The notes below the pieces were generated by a model that was given only the letters and a program-made list of their open reading frames with translations, did no database searches and was not told the origin of the DNA. Made by a program: the position numbers and the translations under genes. From Macrostomum lignano (lineage: Eukaryota), in the NCBI GenBank assembly GCA_002269645.1, contig NIVC01003372.1:1-64000 (forward strand): a stretch of 64,000 bases of DNA. Direction: 5' to 3'. Of the stretch, positions 48,010 to 64,000 are shown one piece after another. Numbering within the stretch: the first letter of the stretch is position 1; each line of letters starts with the position of its first letter.

Positions 48010-48990
48010 ATTAGAGATGAGAGAGGAGAGGCGAGAGACGGGATGAGATAAAAGATAAGATAGAAGATAAGATGAGAGAGGGGAGATTGAAGAGGGGATA
48101 GGGGAGAGAGAAGAGAAGAGAGAGAAGTGGGGAGAGACAAGAGGGGAAAGAGAAGAGGAGAGAGAGAAGAGAGGAGAGAGAAGAGGGAAGAGAGAAGAGA
48201 GGAGAGAGAAGTGGGGAGAGACAAGAGGGGAAAGAGAAGAGGAGAGAGAGAAGAGAGGAGAGAGAAGAGGGAAGAGAGAAGAGAGGAGAGAGAAGAGGGG
48301 AGAGAGAAGAGAGGAGAGAGAAGAGAGGAGAGAGAAGAGAGGAGAGAGAAGAGAGGAGAGAGAAGAGAGGAGAGAGAAGAGAGGAGAGAGAAGAGAAAAG
48401 AGAGAAGAGAGGAGAGAGAAGAGAGGAGAGAGAAGAGAGGAGAGAGAAGAGAGGAGAGAGAAGAGAGGAGAGAGAAGAGAGGAGAGAGAAGAGGGGAGAG
48501 AGAAGAGAGGAGAGAGAAGAGAGGAGAGAGAAGAGAGGAGAGAGAAGAGAGGAGAGAGAAGAGAGGAGAGAGAAGAGGGGAGAGACGAGGGAAGAGAGAA
48601 GTGGGGAGAGAGAAGAGAGGAGAGAGAAGAGAGGAGAGAGAAGAGGGGGAGAGAAGAGGGGAGAGAGAAGAGGGAAGAGAGAAGAGGGAAGAGAGAAGTG
48701 GGGAGAGAGAAGAGAGGAGAGAGAAGAGAGGAGAGAGAAGAGAGGAGAGAGAAGAGAGGAGAGAGAAGAGAGGAGAGAGAAGAGAGGAGAGAGAAGAGAG
48801 GAGAGAGAAGAGAGGAGAGAGAAGAGAAGAGAGAAGAGAGGAGAGAGAGAGGGGAGAGAGAAGAGAAAAGAGAGAAGAGAGGAGAGAGAAGAGGGGAGAG
48901 AGAAGAGAGGAGAGAGAAGAGGGGAGAGAGGAGGGAAGAGAGAGAAGAGTGGGAAGACGAGACAGGAGAGAAGAGCAAGAGAGCTAAGAA
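48010..48990. repeat. Polypurine GA-rich array, ~12-bp unit
   Basis: (gagagaagagag)n, almost pure A/G on the + strand. Confidence 0.97.
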
Positions 48991-49809
48991 GAGACGTGAG
49001 TCATAGGCCTTGAGCGAGGCAGGGTGCTATTGTGAAGTTTCAAAAAACCCCGCGGCCCGGATCGAGTTTGCCGACGCCTGCCCTAAACCTACAAGTACAA
49101 TCCTAAACCTATGGAGACGAACTGGCTCGAGATAATCCTTTAAAAAATAAACTTGCTTAAATTTAAAATTAAACTAATATTAAACTACAAACCGAATCTA
49201 TGTACCAGTCATTGATTTCAAATGTACTTTATATAGCTCTATGATTATTAATATTATTATTATTATTATATTATTAATAAAGTGTGATTATTTGGTGGTA
49301 GAGCCACAGGCAGGGGACCCATATAGCAGTGGGACAGTCAGTGGGACAGGATCCCGGATGCCCCGCCCAACAGCTGACATCGAAGGGTTTTGCGAGGCCG
49401 GGCAGCAGCAGCTGTCACCGAAGGAGGCCTGGCACTGCAATCAGAGGCGGGGGTCATACATAAGCTGCTTTGCCTTCAATTCAACGGAGACACCAACTGG
49501 CGCTCCGTCTCTCTTAAGTCCCGTCTTTTTTTCTGGTCTCGGGTTGCTTGGGTCTCTGCTTCTTTTGCATCCCGCAATTTTTCGTGTTACCCCAAGGTTC
49601 GGCTCCCGCCCGCCCCCGGAGGTTCGATCTCGGAGTTTTTAGTGCTTCTTTTTTGCTGTTTTTCCTCTTGTCTGACACCGACTGGAGACACTGCGGGACT
49701 GGACTGTGCGGCGGGAGATTCGGGAATATGGGAAGTGGGCGGAGCCGCTGTTGCTGCTTTTGACTGACTGTTAACAGGGCTGTGTTCTTGATTCTACGTT
49801 TGAGACTCT

Positions 49810-50330
49810 CAGGGTGAGATCTTCTTTCAGGATCAAGAGAGATTTCCAGGGTAAGATTTTCTATAGGAGGAGAGGTTTTCAGGGTGAGATTTTTTATATG
49901 AGGAGAGATTCTCAGGGTGAGATTTTCTATAGGAGGAGAGATTTTCAATGTGAGATTTCATTTAGAAGGAGAGATTCTAGGGTGAGATTTTCTATAAGAG
50001 AAGAGATTCTCAGGGTGAGATTTTCTATTGGAGGAGAGATTTTCAGGGTGAGATTTTCTATTGGAGGAGAGATTCTCAGGGTGAGATTTTCTATTGGAGG
50101 AGAGATTTTCAGGGTGAGATTTTCTATTGGAGGAGAGATTCTCAGGGTGAGATTTTCTATATGAGTAGAGGTTCACAGGGTGAGATTTTCTATAGGAGGA
50201 GAGATTTTCAGGGTGAGATTTTCTATTGGGGGAGAGATTCTCAGAGTGAGATTTTATATAAGAGAAAAGATTCTCGGTGAGATTCTAAAGGTTGAGATTT
50301 AGTCAGGAAGGCTGGATTATCTGGGCGAGA
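49810..50330. repeat. Minisatellite, 33-bp unit
   Basis: (agggtgagattttctattggaggagagattttc)n. Confidence 0.93.
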
Positions 50331-51184
50331 TTCTATCTATGGGGTGATATTTTGTCTAGGAAGGCTTAGATTCTCAGGATGAGATTCTCAGGGGTGAGAC
50401 TTCTAGATGAATTATCCCGTTTTGCATGCCCACCAGTCTGTTGGTATCCCCAGCTACTTTTGTCGGCAAGGGGCAAAGCAGTCTGCACAGATCTGCAGTG
50501 AGTTATGATGCACAGCCGCCCTTTTCATTCAATCCCAGATCGTCATTGCTTTTTTGTACAGAGTTATACTATATCAGATTTAGTAAATTGCCTATATACA
50601 CATCTACACCGCGTCTTTGTGTACCGCATGGGCGCAGCGGGTGGTATCAGGGGATATCACCCCCCCCCACTGGCTTCTTGTCCTTGGGCTGCCTTAACAA
50701 TACTGCAAGTTGGTCGTGTCTCGTTTTATTGGTTAGCTATGGGTACAAAGACCACCGACAACTGTGGCTTGCACGTGGCCGCATATCTCCCCAACAGGGA
50801 TATTGTGTGGGAGGGGAAGGCCGCCCTGTCAGGTCTGGCGTCACCTGCTGTCATTCCGTTAAAAATCCCCTCCTGTAAGAAAGATGGGAACAGGATATCG
50901 GCGACCCCATAACAGACAGGATATCTTACAGATTCATAGAAGGCCAACAAAAACAGTAAAACAGGGGGTGGTGGCCGCCAACCACCAATCCAAGGGCACC
51001 TGTTGAATTCTGTAATGCTCTGAGTGCCCGACTGTCTGCTTTCGTCTATGTTCCATTATTTGTAGGGCCACTGCTTCAGGACACGCGCGTAATGGATCAA
51101 TCACAGATAGACACTTGCCGCGGAGGCCCGGCCTGCATGCACGATCTGTATGTTGGGGTTGTGTATCACTTAGTCTATTCCCCA

Positions 51185-54100
51185 TCTATCTAATCCATTC
51201 CCAATATATCTAATCTGTTCCAAATCTCTACAGTATATTCCCAATATATTTAATCTAATCCCTATCTATCTATAGTCTATTCCTAATTCTATTTAATCTA
51301 TTCTCAATCTATCTGTAATCTGTAGTCTATACCAAATCTATTTAGTCTATTCCCAACTCTATCTAGTCTATTCCCAACTCTATCTAGTCTATTCCCAACT
51401 CTATCTAGTCTATTCCCAATCTTATTTACGGTTGTAGTTTATCCCCAATCTATCTAGTTCATCTCAACTCTATTCTATTCCCAATCTATCTAGTCTATTC
51501 CCAATCTATCTAGTCTACTCCCAATCTTATCTAGTCTATTCCCAACTCTATCTAGTCTATTCCCAATCTATCTAGTCTATTCCCAATCTATATAGTCTAT
51601 TCCCAACTCTATCTAGTCTACTCCCAATCTTATCTAGTCTATTCCCAACTCTATCTAGTCTATTCCCAACTCTATCTAGTCTATTCCCAATCTATCTAGT
51701 CTATTCCCAATCTATCTAGTCTATTCCCAACTCTATATCTAGTCTATTCCCAACTCTATATCTAGTCTATTCCCAACTCTATCTAGTCTATTCCCAACTC
51801 TATATCTAGTCTATTCCCAACTCTATCTAGTCTATTCCCAATCTATCTAGTCTATTCCCAACTCTATATCTAGTCTATTCCCAATCTATCTAGTCTATTC
51901 CCAATCTATCTAGTCTATTCCCAACTCTATATCTAGTCTATTCCCAACTCTATCTAGTCTATTCCCAACTCTATATCTAGTCTATTCCCAACTCTATATC
52001 TAGTCTATTCCCAACTCTATCTAGTCTATTCCCAACTCTATATCTAGTCTATTCCCAACTCTATCTAGTCTATTCCCAACTCTGTCTAGTCTATTCCCAA
52101 CTCTATCTAGTCTATTCCCAACTCTATCTAGTCTATTCCCAACTCTATCTAGTCTATTCCCAACTCTATCTAGTCTATTCCCAATCTATCTAGTCTATTC
52201 CCAACTCTGTCTAGTCTATTCCCAACTCTATCTAGTCTATTCCCAACTCTATATCTAGTCTATTCCCAACTCTATATCTAGTCTATTCCCAACTCTGTCT
52301 AGTCTATTCCCAACTCTATATCTAGTCTATTCCCAACTCTGTCTAGTCTATTCCCAACTCTATCTAGTCTATTCCCAATCTATCTAGTCTATTTCCAATC
52401 TATCTAGTCTATTCCCAACTCTGTCTAGTCTATTCCCAACTCTATCTAGTCTATTCCCAACTCTATATCTAGTCTATTCCCAACTCTATATCTAGTCTAT
52501 TCCCAACTCTGTCTAGTCTATTCCCAACTCTATATCTAGTCTATTCCCAACTCTGTCTAGTCTATTCCCAACTCTATCTAGTCTATTCCCAATCTATCTA
52601 GTCTATTTCCAATCTATCTAGTCTATTCCCAATCTATCTAGTTTATTTCCAATCTATCTAGTCTATTTCCAATCTATCTAGTCTATTTCCAATCTATCTA
52701 GTCTATTTCCAATCTATCTAGTCTATTTCCAATCTATCTAGTCTATTTCCAATCTATCTAGTCTATTCCCAATCTATCTAGTCTACTCCCAATCTTATCT
52801 AGTCTATTCCCAATCTATCTAGTCTATTCCCAATCTATCTAGTCTATTTCCAATCTATCTAGTCTATTCCTAATCTATCTAGTCTACTCCCAATCTTATC
52901 TAGTCTATTCCCAATCTATCTAGTCTATTCCCAATCTATCTAGTCTATTCCCAATCTATCTAGTCTATTCTCAATCTATCTAGTCTATTCCCAACTCTAT
53001 CTAGTCTATTCCCAACTCTATCTAGTCTATTCCCAACTCTATCTAGTCTATTCCCAACTCTATCTAGTCTATTCCCAACTCTATCTAGTTTATTCTCAAT
53101 CTATCTAGTCTATTCCCAATCTATCTAGTCTATTCCCAACTCTATCTAGTCTATTCCCAATCTATCTAGTCTATTCCCAATCTATCTAGTCTATTCCCAA
53201 TCTATCTAGTCTATTCCCAATCTATCTAGTCTATTCCCAATCTATCTAGTCTATTCCCAATCTATCTAGTCTATTCCCAATCTATCTAGTCTACTCCCAA
53301 TCTTATCTAGTCTATTCCCAACTCTATCTAGTCTATTCCCAACTCTATCTAGTCTATTCCCAACTCTATCTAGTCTATTCCCAACTCTATCTAGTCTATT
53401 CCCAACTCTATCTAGTCTATTCCCAATCTATCTAGTCTATTCCCAATCTATCTAGTCTACTCCCAATCTTATCTAGTCTATTCCCAACTCTATCTAGTCT
53501 ATTCCCAACTCTATCTAGTCTATTCCCAACTCTATCTAGTCTATTCCCAATCTATCTAGTCTATTCCCAATCTATCTAGTCTACTCCCAATCTTATCTAG
53601 TCTATTCCCAACTCTATCTAGTCTATTCCCAACTCTATCTAGTCTATTCCCAACTCTATCTAGTCTATTCCCAACTCTATCTAGTCTATTCCCAACTCTA
53701 TCTAGTCTATTCCCAACTCTATCTAGTTTATTCTCAATCTATCTAGTCTATTCCCAACTCTATCTAGTCTATTCCCAACTCTATCTAGTCTATTCCCAAC
53801 TCTATCTAGTCTATTCCCAACTCTATCTAGTCTATTCCCAACTCTATCTAGTTTATTCTCAATCTATCTAGTCTATTCCCAACTCTATCTAGTTTATTCT
53901 CAATCTATCTAGTCTATTCCCAACTCTATCTAGTCTATTCCCAACTCTATCTAGTCTATTCCCAACTCTATCTAGTCTATTCCCAACTCTATCTAGTTTA
54001 TTCTCAATCTATCTAGTCTATTCCCAACTCTATCTAGTCTATTCCCAACTCTATATCTAGTCTATTCCCAACTCTATCTAGTCTATTCCCAACTCTATAT

Positions 54101-55875
54101 CTAGTCTATTCCCAACTCTATCTAGTTTATTCTCAATCTATCTAGTCTATTCCCAACTCTATCTAGTCTATTCCCAACTCTATCTAGTTTATTCTCAATC
54201 TATCTAGTCTATTCCCAACTCTATCTAGTCTATTCCCAACTCTATCTAGTCTATTCCCAATCTATCTAGTCTACTCCCAATCTTATCTAGTCTATTCCCA
54301 ACTCTATCTAGTCTATTCCCAACTCTATATCTAGTCTATTCCCAACTCTATCTAGTCTATTCCCAACTCTATCTAGTTTATTCTCAATCTATCTAGTCTA
54401 TTCCCAACTCTATCTAGTCTATTCCCAACTCTATCTAGTCTATTCCCAATCTATCTAGTCTATTCCCAATCTATCTAGTCTATTCCCAATCTATCTAGTC
54501 TACTCCCAATCTTATCTAGTCTATTCCCAACTCTATCTAGTCTATTCCCAACTCTATCTAGTCTATTCCCAACTCTATCTAGTCTATTCCCAACTCTATC
54601 TAGTCTATTCCCAACTCTATCTAGTCTATTCCCAATCTATCTAGTCTATTCCCAATCTATCTAGTCTACTCCCAATCTTATCTAGTCTATTCCCAACTCT
54701 ATCTAGTCTATTCCCAACTCTATCTAGTCTATTCCCAACTCTATCTAGTCTATTCCCAATCTATCTAGTCTATTCCCAATCTATCTAGTCTACTCCCAAT
54801 CTTATCTAGTCTATTCCCAACTCTATCTAGTCTATTCCCAACTCTATCTAGTCTATTCCCAACTCTATCTAGTCTATTCCCAACTCTATCTAGTCTATTC
54901 CCAACTCTATCTAGTCTATTCCCAACTCTATCTAGTTTATTCTCAATCTATCTAGTCTATTCCCAACTCTATCTAGTCTATTCCCAACTCTATCTAGTCT
55001 ATTCCCAACTCTATCTAGTCTATTCCCAACTCTATCTAGTCTATTCCCAACTCTATCTAGTTTATTCTCAATCTATCTAGTCTATTCCCAACTCTATCTA
55101 GTTTATTCTCAATCTATCTAGTCTATTCCCAACTCTATCTAGTCTATTCCCAACTCTATCTAGTCTATTCCCAACTCTATCTAGTCTATTCCCAACTCTA
55201 TCTAGTTTATTCTCAATCTATCTAGTCTATTCCCAACTCTATCTAGTCTATTCCCAACTCTATATCTAGTCTATTCCCAACTCTATCTAGTCTATTCCCA
55301 ACTCTATATCTAGTCTATTCCCAACTCTATCTAGTTTATTCTCAATCTATCTAGTCTATTCCCAACTCTATCTAGTCTATTCCTAACTCTATCTAGTTTA
55401 TTCTCAATCTATCTAGTCTATTCCCAACTCTATCTAGTTTATTCTCAATCTATCTAGTCTATTCCCAACTCTATCTAGTCTATTCCTAACTCTATCTAGT
55501 TTATTCTCAATCTATCTAGTCTATTCCCAACTCTATCTAGTCTATTCCCAACTCTATCTAGTCTATTCCCAATCTATCTAGTCTACTCCCAATCTTATCT
55601 AGTCTATTCCCAACTCTATCTAGTCTATTCCCAACTCTATATCTAGTCTATTCCCAACTCTATCTAGTCTATTCCCAACTCTATCTAGTTTATTCTCAAT
55701 CTATCTAGTCTATTCCCAACTCTATCTAGTCTATTCCCAATCTATCTAGTCTATTCCCAATCTATCTAGTCTACTCCCAATCTTATCTAGTCTATTCCCA
55801 ACTCTATCTAGTCTATTCCCAACTCTACCTATAGTTTATCCCCAATCTATCTAATCTATTCCTAATCTATCTAGT
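51185..55875. repeat. Long minisatellite (~4.7 kb), 20/21/23-bp units
   Basis: (agtctattcccaactctatct)n with length variants and apparent ~1.2-kb higher-order duplications. Confidence 0.97.
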
Positions 55876-56984
55876 CTAGTCCAACTGAAATCTTGTTAAC
55901 GAAGAAATGCATGAAAAAAGCAAATAATTTTCGATTCTGGTCTCCTTAAGCATGAAGGGCAAGAGGAGGCCGTTTGCAGTTCCACCTTCCAGTGCAGATC
56001 TGCAGCACTGAGCAGGCAAGGTTTTGCTGCACCACAAGCTGAGTACTGAACAGCTCAATCAAGAGCAAAATCTCTCTTATAGTCTGTTTTCGTCTTCCAA
56101 AGAAGCAGAATAATTTCATTTTTTTACGAATAGCAGCCTTTCCGTTTTTGCCCTGTATACTGTCTTTCGCAACTGCGCCAGAAGCAGCAAGCAGAAAGCT
56201 CGAAGAGACAGAGAGAGCGGCAAAATGCAGGTAAAAAGAACCCCACACAGTATCAATTTCGTCTCAAACGACAAAAACGATCGAACTGCGCAAGGAAGGA
56301 ATGAAAGCAATATCTTAAATATGAGACAGGCAGTGCAGAACTGCATGTAGCCATTTGCAATCGAAAATCGAGTTTGAAAACTGATTGATCATTTATTGTA
56401 TAGATAGGGCCAAAGTCTGATATATAGCTTGAACGGGTATATAGTAAACTTTTAAACACACAAGAAAATGCGTTAATTTATTAACGCTAGCGAGTTGCTT
56501 TCTTTTAGCAAAGCAAATTTGTCTTAAGTGTTGTTCTCAGCATGTTGTTCCTTAATCCTATCATAGATCCTCTGTAGTCTTCTGTGTTTTATTTGCAATC
56601 ACTTTACTAAATCTCGCTTCCGCCATACCTGTGCATTCTTGCTTCAATTGGTTCAGTTCCTTCTCTTTAGACGAGGATAAACAAACAATAATGAGTGATG
56701 AAGCATGCTCAATGCGCCTATATAGTCTCACTTCGTACTTTTAGATACTTTTAAAAGAAAGAAAATAAAAGGACAGCTAAAACCGGCTATACTGTGGATT
56801 GGGCATCAAAGAGGTCATCTGACCCTCCAGACTGACCAATAAAAAGGGCCTCATGTCATGGCCTGCAGTGGTCGGCTACTCGTCCAGCGAAGCCTCTTTA
56901 TCCGCCCTCTTGGGTCCTTGAAACTTCACAATTGGCAATCCGACCTGCTCTCAACGTTTGTCTATTCTCAGATGTCTTCTTAGC

Positions 56985-57290
56985 TCTCTCCTCTCTTTCC
57001 TCTCTTTCCTTCCTCTCCTCTCCTCTCCTCTCCTCTCCTCTCCTCTCCTCTCCTCTCCTCTCGTCTCCTCTCCTCTCCTCTTCTCTCCTCTCCTCTCCTC
57101 TCCTCTCCTCTCCTCTCCTCTCCTCTCCTCTCCTCTCCTCTCCTCTCCTCTCCTCTCCTCTCCTCTCCTCTCCTCTCGTCTCCTCTCCTCTCGTCTCCTC
57201 TCCTCTCGTCTCCTCTCCTCTCCTCTCCTCTCCTCTCCTCTCCTTTCCTCTTCTCTCCTTTCCTCTTCTCTCCTCTAATCCTCTCCTAAT
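56985..57290. repeat. Polypyrimidine microsatellite (TCCTC)n
   Basis: Direct reading. Confidence 0.97.
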
Positions 57291-57595
57291 CTAATCTAAG
57301 AGGAAGGATCGAGCGCCAATAAACTAATTCAGAATTTGCTCGAGATTTCCCAAGCCAGACTATGGCTGATCCCTCATTGGTTGCCGCAAAAATGCCCGCA
57401 AAGACAATCCCGCCAGCCAACCAGACAAAGCTGGAATCCCCCCCCCCAGCAGAGTTCCCATTCTCGCATTCGGGCCCCACCTCGAGCGGCACGCCATTCT
57501 CTTCACCTGAAATTCTCTTCACCCTCCTCAGTAAATAACTTGCCGGCGAGCCCCCAGACCCAGGCAGTTCAGGAATGACGCTTGGCACTCCAAGA

Positions 57596-62017
<4,422 letters not shown>

Positions 62018-62477
62018 GCTCTGCTTACTCTCGACTCGTCACTTGAAAACATTTTGATCATTCTCTGTTTCAGTTATAAAAATGATAAATAAAAGTAACA
62101 TTTTCTCTCTGATGCTACTACTTCCTGACGTGTTTGAGTTAGTAGTATGGTAGCAACTTTAGGCAAACTATTTCCTTCTGAGCCGTAGTTTTATAAATTT
62201 TATTTTTAAATGGACACTGTTTGGCAGAAATACTCTTGACAGCTGTTATAATCTGTATTTTACTGTTTTACTGTCGCGGCTCTCGATCCTGTTCAGTCTC
62301 AAATTTTCTCCCCCCGAGAAAAAAACCTGCCTGCTGCAATAATTTGCTTACTGCTTTGTAACTGTTCTCTTCTGGATTTTTTCTCTTGTTGTTGAGGTGC
62401 GGCCAGTAGGTGATCGTTTCTTGTGTATAGATTGATTAGATTCATGCCTTTGCTGCGGTCTGTCATGCCCTGCTCTG

Positions 62478-62523
62478 TCTTAGTGTCTGTCTGTCTGTCT
62501 GTCTGTCTGTGTGTCTGTCTGTG

Positions 62524-62558
<35 letters not shown>

Positions 62559-62607
62559 GTGTCTGTCTGTCTGTCTGTCTGTGTGTCTGTCTGTCTGTCT
62601 GTGTGTG

Positions 62608-62682
<75 letters not shown>

Positions 62683-62773
62683 GTGTCTGTCTGTGTGTCT
62701 GTCTGTCTGTCTTTCTGTCTGTCTGTCTGTCTTTCTATGTGTCTGTCTGTCTGTCTGTCTGTCTATCTGTCTA

Positions 62774-62814
<41 letters not shown>

Positions 62815-62905
62815 GTGTCTGTCTGTGTGTCTGTCTGTCTGTCTTTCTGTCTGTCTGTCTGTCTTTCTATGTGTCTGTCTGTCTGTCTGTCTGTCTATCT
62901 GTCTA

Positions 62906-62936
<31 letters not shown>

Positions 62937-62963
62937 TAGTGTCTGTCAATCTGTCTGTCTGTG

Positions 62964-63000
<37 letters not shown>

Positions 63001-63067
63001 TAGTGTCTGTCTGTCTGTCTTAGTGTCTGTCTGTCTTTCTGTCTGTCTGTCTGTCTGTCTGTCTTAG

Positions 63068-63126
<59 letters not shown>
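62478..63126. repeat. (GTCT)n/(GT)n microsatellite
   Basis: Direct reading. Confidence 0.97.
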
Positions 63127-63554
63127 ATCGATTCGCACTGCACTGGAATCAATCAAATCAGAGACAGTGTGCTCGCTTACAAGTTCCTTCCTTTGTTCTG
63201 TTTCTACAGCGTTGATTTCATTCTGCGGTGCTCAGTTTTAAAATATACAAAAAAGCGATTGACTTTGAACTTAAAGGGGCAAATTTAGCGACTTCTGTGG
63301 CTCTCGTTGCATTGTTGCCAAGGAGAATGGCTGCCCGCATACGCAGTGCCACAAATGGGTCACGGTATTGGTTTCGAATGCCAGCCAATCAGGACAAAAT
63401 TTAAAATAAATTTTTAAAGGCAAAGGGGAAGTGCAGTAGTACTTATTGCGGTGGCTAATCTCTGCTGGGCTGTGAATCCATTTTACGAGCGTATACCGCC
63501 TGCTTTGAGTCAAGGTGAGTTTGCGTCTGGTTAAAATCTGGTACTGCCCTGGCT

Positions 63555-64000
63555 CAGGGAAGTCAGGAGAGTCAGGCGGGTCTGGCGAGTCAGAGTAGTC
63601 AAAGCAGTTAGGGGAGTGAAAAGAGTCAGTGGAGTCAAGAATTTAAAGGAGTCAGCGGGGTCAGCGGAGTCAAGGGGGTCAGGGGAGTCAGGGAAGTCGG
63701 AGGGGTCAGGGGAGTCAGGGGAGTCAGGGGAGTCAGGGAAGTCAGGGGAGTAAGGGGAGTCAGGGAATCAAGGGGGTTAGGGAATCAGGGGAGTCAGGGG
63801 AGTCAGCGGAGTCAGGGGAGTCAGGGGAGTCAGGGGAGTCAGCAGAGTCAGGGGAGTCAGGGGAGTCAGGGGAGTCAAGGGACTCATGAGAGTCAGGGGA
63901 GTAAGTGTGGTCAGAGGAGTCAGGGTGGTCAGGGGAGTCAGGGTGGTCAGGGGAGTCAGGGTGGTCAGGGGAGTCAGGGTGGTCAGGGGAGTCAGGGTAG
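63555..64000. repeat. G-rich ~10-bp minisatellite, probably intronic
   Basis: (ggagtcaggg)n following a consensus donor aag|gtgagt at 63516. Confidence 0.9.

Noticed and set aside
50445-50520. 7SL/Alu-like RNA (cccagctact..tgcagtgag)
   Set aside because: Only two short words match. The SRP helix 6/8 motifs are missing.
57362-57538. MADPSLVAAK.. 58-codon ORF as vestigial exon 1
   Set aside because: Its donor is weaker and requires an acceptor inside a repeat unit. The 57596-57658 exon fits better, though this is not excluded.
63420-63515. Exon of a further + strand gene (..VLIAVANLCWAVNPFYERIPPALSQ, donor gtgagt)
   Set aside because: Splice signals are plausible, but the segment is too short and truncated by the window end to support a call.

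Overview
Eukaryotic animal genomic DNA, most consistent with a macrostomid flatworm such as Macrostomum lignano. This is an inference from a spliced-leader-like 5' sequence, polyQ/polyA-rich proteins and introns filled with minisatellites. Bases 1-21.6 kb are a gene-free accessory block. It holds a decayed PHD-FLYWCH-MULE transposase, a Helitron RepHel remnant, a solo LTR, a young non-autonomous LTR element and two MITEs. It also holds two unexplained structures: (i) seven copies of a ~430-bp conserved, hairpin-rich, non-coding core separated by fast-diverging ~550-650-bp spacers, and (ii) a 1.2-kb TSD-flanked retroposon whose 5' end matches the start of the flatworm spliced leader. Bases 21.7-64 kb hold three identifiable spliced genes on the + strand (VEPH1/melted, HTATSF1/Tat-SF1 and a vestigial-like gene), some unresolved candidate exons, and more than 20 different mini- and microsatellite arrays that fill most long introns. 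Most long ORFs in the supplied track are repeat artefacts. All alignments and folds were done by eye.
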